Shown piece after piece: positions 57,384 through 64,000 of a stretch of DNA of 64,000 nucleotides (positions are counted from its first letter, which is position 1; the number at the start of each line of letters is the position of its first letter). The notes below the pieces were generated by a model that searched no databases, was not told the DNA's origin, and saw only the letters and a program-made list of their open reading frames with translations. The DNA is taken from contig JBAWWL010000001.1 in the NCBI GenBank assembly GCA_037146775.1, positions 197,464 to 261,463 of the forward strand. Direction: 5' to 3'. Made by a program: the position numbers and the translations under genes. The DNA is from Candidatus Omnitrophota bacterium (GTDB taxonomy: Bacteria > Omnitrophota > Gorgyraeia > Duberdicusellales > 4484-171).

Positions 57384-58552
57384 ATGTTATCTATTCTATT
57401 GGTTCTCGGTTTGGGGAAAGTGGCATAGGGTATATTGCATATCAGTTTGTGCGTCATTTTTACGGACAAGGGTATTTAAAGAAGCTTTTTGCACTTTCTG
57501 TCGTTCCCACAGAAATAGAAAAAATGCTCGTTTGTACTTGTCCAGGTCTTCGACAGCTTTCTCGGCTCTTGAAAGTGCCGAATCGTTTTATATCGTTGAA
57601 TGATTGGGCCTCTTTAAGGGACAGTTTTTTCGATCGCTGGGTTAGTCGTAGGCTAGAAAGCGCTGATATTTTTCATGGCTGGCTTGGCCAGTCGTTTTTT
57701 TCGATAAAGCACGCTAAGAGAAAGGGCATGGTTACGTTTCTTGAGCATCCAAGCGCGCATGCGCTCTATCAGCAGCGTTTATTGGAAAGAGAATACGAGC
57801 ATTGTAAAGTGAATTTTAGGCCCGATACCCCCGCCATTATTCGCAGAAATTTAGCAGAATACGAAGCAGTAGACTTTATTGTTGTTCCTTCCCGGTTTGT
57901 TTATGACTCATTTGTGCAGCAAGGCGTTTCGAGTAAAAAGATTATTTTGGTGCCCTACGGGGTAGATACTGATCGATTTAGCGTCCGTCAGCCAGAAGAA
58001 CACAACGGTATATTTCGTGTTGTGTTTGTCGGCCAGATAGGCCTGCGTAAGGGAGTGCATTATTTACTCCAAGCCTGGTCAGAGTTGCGTCTCGCCCAAG
58101 CAGAGCTTATTGTCGCAGGCTGGACTCATCCCGATATCGTGCACATTCTTAAGGATTACAGAAATGTCGAAAATATTCATATTAAAGATTTTATATCTGA
58201 GCCCGCCGCTCTCTACCAAACCGCCGATATTTGTGTATTCCCTTCAATAGAAGATGGTTTTGGTCTGGTAGTGCTCGAGGCCATGGCTTGTGGTAAACCG
58301 GTTATTATTACCGAGAATACAGGAGCCAAAGATGTGGTGGTAGACGGCCAGGATGGTTTTGTGATCCCGGCCGGTAGTTTAGAAAAGTTAAAAGAGAAGA
58401 TCCTGTATTTTTATAATAACAGGCAAGTTGCGCACAGCATGGGTGAAGTAGCCAGGAAAAGAGTTCAAAAGTATAGCTGGCAAAGTAGCGCCGAGGCGCT
58501 ATATGCGGCTTATAAAACTATTTTAGCCCAACACATATCGCAAGATGAGTAA
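57380..58552 (+). CDS. glycosyltransferase family 4
   Basis: EDGFGLVVLEAMACGKPVIITENTGAKDVV donor-binding motif. Confidence 0.8.
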   Translation: MNVIYSIGSRFGESGIGYIAYQFVRHFYGQGYLKKLFALSVVPTEIEKMLVCTCPGLRQLSRLLKVPNRFISLNDWASLRDSFFDRWVSRRLESADIFHGWLGQSFFSIKHAKRKGMVTFLEHPSAHALYQQRLLEREYEHCKVNFRPDTPAIIRRNLAEYEAVDFIVVPSRFVYDSFVQQGVSSKKIILVPYGVDTDRFSVRQPEEHNGIFRVVFVGQIGLRKGVHYLLQAWSELRLAQAELIVAGWTHPDIVHILKDYRNVENIHIKDFISEPAALYQTADICVFPSIEDGFGLVVLEAMACGKPVIITENTGAKDVVVDGQDGFVIPAGSLEKLKEKILYFYNNRQVAHSMGEVARKRVQKYSWQSSAEALYAAYKTILAQHISQDE

Positions 58553-59309
58553 GCAATTAAATGAGATTTCTCGAGCCTGGAGTGAGCGGCATAAATCGAA
58601 AGAACACTACGTTCGTTTTCAATTTTTGGCCGCAGAAGAAGAGATCTCTTCGTACGATAAATTTGTTACTTTCAAAGGCAAGAAGGTCTTGGATGTTGGC
58701 TGTGGCTTGGGCGGGAAAACTGTTCGATACGCTCAATGTGCCGGTTGTGTTGTTGCTGTTGATTGCAATCTTGACGATCTTCTTTTTGCCGGGAAATTTT
58801 CTCGTTCTTCCGGTGCGCCCGTACATTTCACGCGCGCTGATATCCACAGTCTGCCTTTCAAGGATAATTTTTTTGATATTGTAATTTTGAATGACATTAT
58901 AGAACATGTATGTGATCCCCTAAGGGCTCTGCGGGAATGTAAAAGAGTGCTGGTTCCCGGCGGTATTCTTTTCATGAATTTTCCTCCTTTTTACGGACCG
59001 CAAGGAGGCCATGTCGGTTATTATTTTTCGGTTCCCTGGGTTCATCTTCTTCCCAGAAGGGTCGTCAAGTGGCTCTTACTGCGTAAGGAGCCGAAAGAGG
59101 GCTGGTTTACTCCACAGTCAATATCGGATGATTTTAACAGCACCAATCGAATGGCTATCAGGCGTTGTAAGCGTTATATCGCTCGTACCGGCTGGAAAGT
59201 GAAGTATTGTGATATTCGGCCATGTAACCATCGGATAAAGAGTATCATTACCTGGCCATTGATAAATGAGTTATTGGCTGAGAATATTCACTTTGTATTA
59301 GAAAAATAA
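58545..59309 (+). CDS. class I SAM-dependent methyltransferase
   Basis: Motif I VLDVGCGLGGKT and post-I motif DIVILNDIIEH. Confidence 0.7.
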   Translation: MSKQLNEISRAWSERHKSKEHYVRFQFLAAEEEISSYDKFVTFKGKKVLDVGCGLGGKTVRYAQCAGCVVAVDCNLDDLLFAGKFSRSSGAPVHFTRADIHSLPFKDNFFDIVILNDIIEHVCDPLRALRECKRVLVPGGILFMNFPPFYGPQGGHVGYYFSVPWVHLLPRRVVKWLLLRKEPKEGWFTPQSISDDFNSTNRMAIRRCKRYIARTGWKVKYCDIRPCNHRIKSIITWPLINELLAENIHFVLEK

Positions 59310-59312
59310 ACC

Positions 59313-61643
59313 ATGAAAGTTGCTTATTTACTCGGACAGTTCCCGGTTTTATCTGAGATATTTATCGTTGATGAAGTGCTCCAGCTTCAAAAAATGGGCA
59401 TTGAAGTATCTATTTTTGCTTTTGATAAGCCCGGAAATAAACTTGTGCATAAAGAAGCCCAAGGATTGTCGGCTAAGGCGCGGTATGCCTGCAATCCTAA
59501 AGCAGGCTGGCACGCATTAGGTGCAGTTTTTTTCGCTAATCTATTTTTTTTTCTACGTGCACCGATAATCTATAGCAGCTATTTTAGAAAGTATTTTTTC
59601 AAGATAGGAAAAAAAGAATTCTTACAAATTTTTTATATATGCCGACACATTAAAAAAGAAAAAGTAACCCATCTCTATGCTCACTTTGCCTGTCTTAGTA
59701 CTACGGCAGCGATGATAGCTTCCCGCCTCCTGAATATACCTTTTAGTTTCGCGGTGCACGGTTATGATATCTTTGTGGTAAACGACTTCCTAAAAGAAAA
59801 ACTTGAGGCTGCGACTTATGTCGTGGTGGGGACACATTATATAAAGAGTTTTTTGTTAGAGAAATATCCGCACATAAACCCGGCCAAGATCGCAATCATT
59901 CGCTACGGCATAGACACAACTCGTTATCAGCCCAAGGTTTCGTCTCAAAAAAGTACACATCAGGGGGTGCGGTTATTGAGCGGAGCGAGATTTGTGGAGA
60001 AGAAAGGCTTCATGTATCTTATAAGAGCCTGTAAATATTTAAAAGAAAAAGGGTTGAATTTTCATTGCGATATTTTTGGCTATGGTCCTCTGGAAAAGCA
60101 GCTTTACGATGAAACAGCAAAATTAAAACTTCAAGATGTGATTGCCTTCCTGGGCGCAATCGATAGCGATGGACTTATCCGCCTTTTACAAGAAAACGAT
60201 ATTTTTGTGGTGCCATCTATTATTGCCGGTGACGGCGACCGGGAAGGCATGCCTATTACTTTACTTTCGGCTATGGCGGCTCAAAATGCGGTGGTGTCGA
60301 CAGAAACTTCCGGCATACCGGAAGTAGTCGTTTCTGGAGAGAACGGGATTTTGGTGAAAGAGAAAGATGTACAAGGTTTAGCAGGAGCGCTTGAGCGGTT
60401 GATAATGTCCGAAACGCTGCGGTTAACATTGGCGGGAAGAGCTCGTCGGACAATTACGGAAAGTTTTAGCCTGACAGAGCACGCTCGTTTGTTGGCTGCG
60501 CTATGGAGTGCGCCGCAACAAAAAATTTTTAAGATTTTATATGTGAATAAAACAGCTTCAATAGGCGGGGCTGAAGTAAGCCTGCTTAATCTCATAAAGC
60601 AGCTTGATAGAAAAATATTTTTTCCCGTTGTGGTTGTGCCCGGGCATGGCCCTTTCACCCATGCGTTAGCTGCTATGGGGGTTACGGTTAAGAATCTTGC
60701 GGTGAGCGAATTTTCCCGCCGTAGAGTGTTGTCTTTTTTTCTTGCAACGATGAAGTTGTCGCGTTTTATTAGGCAGGAAAAGATTGATTTGGTGCATGTG
60801 AATTCTATCTATGCTGCCGAGCAAAGTTTTTTTGCGTCTCAATGGGCTAAAGTTGCTTGTGTATGCCACATACGGGATTTGGTGCCGGTGTTGGGCGGCG
60901 GCGCTATGCGCATAAACGCATTTAAGAAGGCGGAAAAGTTAATTGCTATTTCCGAGGCCGTGAAAAAAGACCTTATTGCGCAATTAGAAATTCCCGAGGA
61001 GAAAATAATACGAATTTATAATGGCGTCGATACGAAAGAGTTTAATCCGGAGATACGCGCAGATATTTTCAAAAAAGAGTTTCATCTGGAGGGAAAAAGG
61101 CTTATCGGTATGGTAGCGCGGTTTGTTCCGGAAAAAGGCCAGGAATTATTTTTACGTGTCGCGCAGGCGGTGAGTAAGGTACATCCGGAAGCGCATTTTA
61201 TAATTGCGGGGGATGCGGCCTTGGGTAAAGAAGCGTATCGTAAAAAGATGATGGAACTAATAGTTACGTTAGGCCTGGAGAGTAAAGTAACTTGTACTGG
61301 TTTTAGAACTGACATGCCATATATGATTGCGGCGTTGGATATTGTGGCAGTTCCCTCGTGGGCTGAACCGTTTGGCCGGGTGATTATCGAGGCTTTTGCC
61401 TGCGGCAAACCAGTAGTGGCTTTTAAAGCTGGCGCCAGCGAAGAAATTATTTCTGCAAATTGCGGCATATTGGTTAGCCCTGGCGACATTGCTGTGTTTA
61501 GCGAGGCAATACGTTATCTTTTGGAAAATGAAAGTGTGCGCAAGCAGTTAGGTGAACAGGCAAGAGCTATGGTTGTGCAGCGATTTAATATAGAGAGCAA
61601 TATCAAGACAACTCAGGAACTTTATCAAAAAATTTTGCAGTAA
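59313..61643 (+). CDS. tandem double glycosyltransferase (two GT4 domains fused)
   Basis: Two separate GT4 C-terminal motifs: EGMPITLLSAMAAQNAVVSTETSGIPEVV, and EPFGRVIIEAFACGKPVVAFKAGASEEII further on. Confidence 0.8.
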   Translation: MKVAYLLGQFPVLSEIFIVDEVLQLQKMGIEVSIFAFDKPGNKLVHKEAQGLSAKARYACNPKAGWHALGAVFFANLFFFLRAPIIYSSYFRKYFFKIGKKEFLQIFYICRHIKKEKVTHLYAHFACLSTTAAMIASRLLNIPFSFAVHGYDIFVVNDFLKEKLEAATYVVVGTHYIKSFLLEKYPHINPAKIAIIRYGIDTTRYQPKVSSQKSTHQGVRLLSGARFVEKKGFMYLIRACKYLKEKGLNFHCDIFGYGPLEKQLYDETAKLKLQDVIAFLGAIDSDGLIRLLQENDIFVVPSIIAGDGDREGMPITLLSAMAAQNAVVSTETSGIPEVVVSGENGILVKEKDVQGLAGALERLIMSETLRLTLAGRARRTITESFSLTEHARLLAALWSAPQQKIFKILYVNKTASIGGAEVSLLNLIKQLDRKIFFPVVVVPGHGPFTHALAAMGVTVKNLAVSEFSRRRVLSFFLATMKLSRFIRQEKIDLVHVNSIYAAEQSFFASQWAKVACVCHIRDLVPVLGGGAMRINAFKKAEKLIAISEAVKKDLIAQLEIPEEKIIRIYNGVDTKEFNPEIRADIFKKEFHLEGKRLIGMVARFVPEKGQELFLRVAQAVSKVHPEAHFIIAGDAALGKEAYRKKMMELIVTLGLESKVTCTGFRTDMPYMIAALDIVAVPSWAEPFGRVIIEAFACGKPVVAFKAGASEEIISANCGILVSPGDIAVFSEAIRYLLENESVRKQLGEQARAMVVQRFNIESNIKTTQELYQKILQ

Positions 61644-61664
61644 TTACTAAAAAGGCGATAGGTA

Positions 61665-63626
61665 ATGAACAAAATCTCAATTGTCATAACGACGTTTAAC
61701 CGGAAAGAACCTCTTTTGCGAACACTTGCATCGCTTTTGGCGCAGGATGCGCAAGCTTGCGAAATAATTATCGTAGACCAGAATTCGCAGCCTGATGACG
61801 GGTTGCTTAGTTTTATACAAGAACATTGTGATACGGTGCATTATATAAAAAGTACGACTAAGGGTGCTGCTTTGGGCAGAAATGTGGGTTGGCCTCAGGC
61901 AAAGGGCGATATTATCTTGTTTTGTGACGATGATATTGTGGCTTTACCAACTTTGGTAAGTGGGCATCTTGGTTGTTATGCCGATAGCCATGTTGGCGGT
62001 GTCGCCGGCAGGGTGCTTACCGATAATGATAAGCCGGTTAAGCTTGGCGCTCGAGTAGGCAGAATAAGGCATTTTGATGGCAAGATGTGGAGTAATTTTA
62101 ACGCTGATTTTAGTACGGAAGTCGAGCATATTTGGGGTTGTAATATGTCCTTTCGTAAAGCACTCATCGAACGTGCCGGCGGATTTGACGAGCGTTTGGT
62201 CGGAACGTCTTCTTTTGATGACGCTGATCTAACGTTTGGGGTGAGTAAGCTTGGCTATAAAATACTTTTTTCACCACTTGCCGCCGCGACCCATGTTTTT
62301 GCCAAAGAGGGTGGCTGCCATGACCTTTCTTTTGCCGAAAAAATGTACTGGTATTACCACAATTTCATGATCTTTTATCTCAAACATTTGCCGAAGATTT
62401 ATTTCTTATTTTTTTTGTTGCGCCAATTTGGCGGTATTATCCGGAGAGCCCTGATTATCCGTGATGTCCAGGTAATACGAAAAGGCGTATGCGGATTAAT
62501 GGACGGGTGGTATGAATATAAAAGAGACCGTAAGGCTAAGCGTTTTCGAGCGCGTTTTAATAAAGAGAAGGTCAGGCGGATACTTTTGACGCGCACGCAA
62601 AGTATCGGAGATGTAATCAATTTCATCCCCACGCTCAAGGTTATGCGGGAAAATTTTCCGCAGGCACATATCAGTATTCTAACTGGCCGGCCGTGGGGAA
62701 AGGAACTCATGGAAAGTTGTCCCTTGGTTGATGAGGTGCTTTATTTTCCCTACAAGGGTTTGCCTCGATTTGCGTTTGAAAAAATTAGATTTATCCGGTT
62801 GCTGCGCAAGAAGCGTTTTGACTTGGTTGTCGCTTCGACCGTTGACATTGGTTTTGCCCTGAAAGCATTTTTGATTGCTGCGCCTTATCGTATAGGGTTT
62901 TGCGAATTTGTTTTTCCTCAAGGCACTAGCATTAAGGATAAGTTTGCTTTCCTTTATTCCGCAACGCTGGTGCGTAACAGCCATGAACACGAAATTGATA
63001 TGAATCTCAAATTAATTAGTTTGTTGGGCGTAGAAGATAAAGGTGCCTCTGGAGCAATCTGGGTTAGCCCTGAAGACAAAGCATTTGCCGAACAACTTTT
63101 CCGGAAATATGGCCTAAATAATACGCCCAGCGTTATAGTGAACGCGTTTGCTAACACCGATTCGTATAATTGGCCGCAGGAAAAATATGCCCAGCTTATC
63201 CGCTATCTATTGACTACCTATGAACTTTCGGTGGTGCTGGTTGGTTCCGACAGACATCAGCAATTAAATGATGGGCTGGCTAAGATGGTTGGATTGCCGG
63301 TTTGTAATCTGGCCGGTAAAACTACGGTTGGCCAGTTTATTGCACTCATAAATGAAAGCAATTTATTTATCGGTAATAATTCCGGGCCTAGCCACATTGC
63401 TGCAGCTCTGGATAAACCGTCGGTTGTGTTCTTTGGTCGTTTAAATGCCGGGCAATATGCGCCTCGCGGTACGCATTGTATTGTGATCCATAAGAGAAAA
63501 GAAGGCGTAGAGCGTATCGATAATGATTGTGTAGCGAGCGAATCGTTACGCAGTATTGAATTGGCTGAGGCTATAAAAGCGGTAGCATATCTTTTAGACA
63601 ATGTAATCTTTGCAAAAAAGAAATGA
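61665..63626 (+). CDS. bifunctional glycosyltransferase: N-terminal GT2 domain fused to C-terminal GT9 (heptosyltransferase-like) domain
   Basis: GT2 start ISIVITTFNRKEPLLRTL with the DxD motif FCDDDI. The GT9-like C-terminal half starts RILLTRTQSIGDVINFIPTLKVMRENFPQAHISILTG. Confidence 0.7.
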   Translation: MNKISIVITTFNRKEPLLRTLASLLAQDAQACEIIIVDQNSQPDDGLLSFIQEHCDTVHYIKSTTKGAALGRNVGWPQAKGDIILFCDDDIVALPTLVSGHLGCYADSHVGGVAGRVLTDNDKPVKLGARVGRIRHFDGKMWSNFNADFSTEVEHIWGCNMSFRKALIERAGGFDERLVGTSSFDDADLTFGVSKLGYKILFSPLAAATHVFAKEGGCHDLSFAEKMYWYYHNFMIFYLKHLPKIYFLFFLLRQFGGIIRRALIIRDVQVIRKGVCGLMDGWYEYKRDRKAKRFRARFNKEKVRRILLTRTQSIGDVINFIPTLKVMRENFPQAHISILTGRPWGKELMESCPLVDEVLYFPYKGLPRFAFEKIRFIRLLRKKRFDLVVASTVDIGFALKAFLIAAPYRIGFCEFVFPQGTSIKDKFAFLYSATLVRNSHEHEIDMNLKLISLLGVEDKGASGAIWVSPEDKAFAEQLFRKYGLNNTPSVIVNAFANTDSYNWPQEKYAQLIRYLLTTYELSVVLVGSDRHQQLNDGLAKMVGLPVCNLAGKTTVGQFIALINESNLFIGNNSGPSHIAAALDKPSVVFFGRLNAGQYAPRGTHCIVIHKRKEGVERIDNDCVASESLRSIELAEAIKAVAYLLDNVIFAKKK

Positions 63627-63689
63627 TCGTATATATTTTATGGTCTCCTGAGTTACGACAGAATATCTGAAAAGTAATATATAGTATAT

Positions 63690-64000
63690 GAAGAAAGAAA
63701 GAATATTATTAACTGATTGTCAGAAGATAAAACGTATCTTAGTTACCCGTATGCAAGGTTTGGGCGATGCGGTGTGTTTTATACCGACGCTGCGGATTTT
63801 GAGAGAAAGTTTTCCTCAGGCAGAAATCACTGTATTAAGCGGCAGATTGCCGGCCAAGGAACTATTTGAGGTATGCCCTTTTGTTAATAAGGTTATTTTT
63901 TACGATGTTGATAAAGAACGTAATTTTTTTGATAAATTAAACTTTATTAAGTATTTACGCCGACAGCGTTTCGATATCTCCGTGGCTTCGTCGTATGAAG
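63690..64000 (+). CDS. glycosyltransferase family 9 (heptosyltransferase-like), 3'-truncated by window end
   Basis: RILVTRMQGLGDAVCFIPTLRILRESFPQAEITVLSG parallels the GT9 half of the preceding gene. Confidence 0.6.

Noticed and set aside
1-64000. Searched for CRISPR arrays, IS elements/transposases, integrases and tRNA/rRNA genes
   Set aside because: No regularly spaced short repeats, no transposase/integrase-like ORFs and no rRNA-like conserved stretches were seen. The only long repeat is the 484-bp comF duplication.

Overview
This 64 kb window comes from an AT-rich bacterial chromosome, almost all of it coding. The organism is probably diderm, because Lpt, Mla and Wza homologues are present. 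Genes run on the + strand as long translationally coupled operons; only a short block at 19.2-23.5 kb is on the - strand. No tRNA/rRNA gene, CRISPR array, transposase or integrase was found. Where the six-frame track began an ORF at GTG/TTG, I moved the start to the first convincing ATG; these adjusted starts are inferences and several are flagged as uncertain in the entries.

Positions 1-28 kb are housekeeping genes: a Clp ATPase C-terminal fragment, mlaEFD, radA, a PIN/TRAM protein, ispD, ispF, cysS, tmk, holB, a PSP1/RicT homologue, metG, tatD, a DUF362/4Fe-4S protein, mtnA, thiL, tsaE, tsaB and alr. Next come convergent lptG/lptF and comF, then nifS/iscS, nadA, mnmA and a LarE-like PP-loop enzyme.

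Three regions stand out:
1. 29.0-37.7 kb is a compact RiPP-like cassette: a PqqD-family recognition protein, two radical SAM/SPASM maturases, a 74-aa Cys/Ser/Gly/Tyr-rich candidate precursor peptide, an HPr-kinase-like P-loop protein, an S24/S26 Ser-Lys peptidase, a GT4 glycosyltransferase, a fused ABC exporter and a nucleotidyltransferase-like protein. From memory it resembles the computationally defined SynChlorMet and HprK-related cassettes, and as far as I know no product has been characterised for either.
2. 38-64 kb is a large exopolysaccharide/glycan locus. An HTH protein and a PilZ protein head it, followed by three chain-length-determinant/BY-kinase modules (one a degenerate pseudokinase), Wza, an ExeA-like ATPase, an HD-GYP-like protein, a GAF histidine kinase/response regulator pair, Wzm/Wzt, two methyltransferases, a DegT aminotransferase and many glycosyltransferases, several of them fused.
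3. A perfect 484-bp direct repeat with a 1401-bp period duplicates the 5' end of comF and brackets a SAM-methyltransferase gene.
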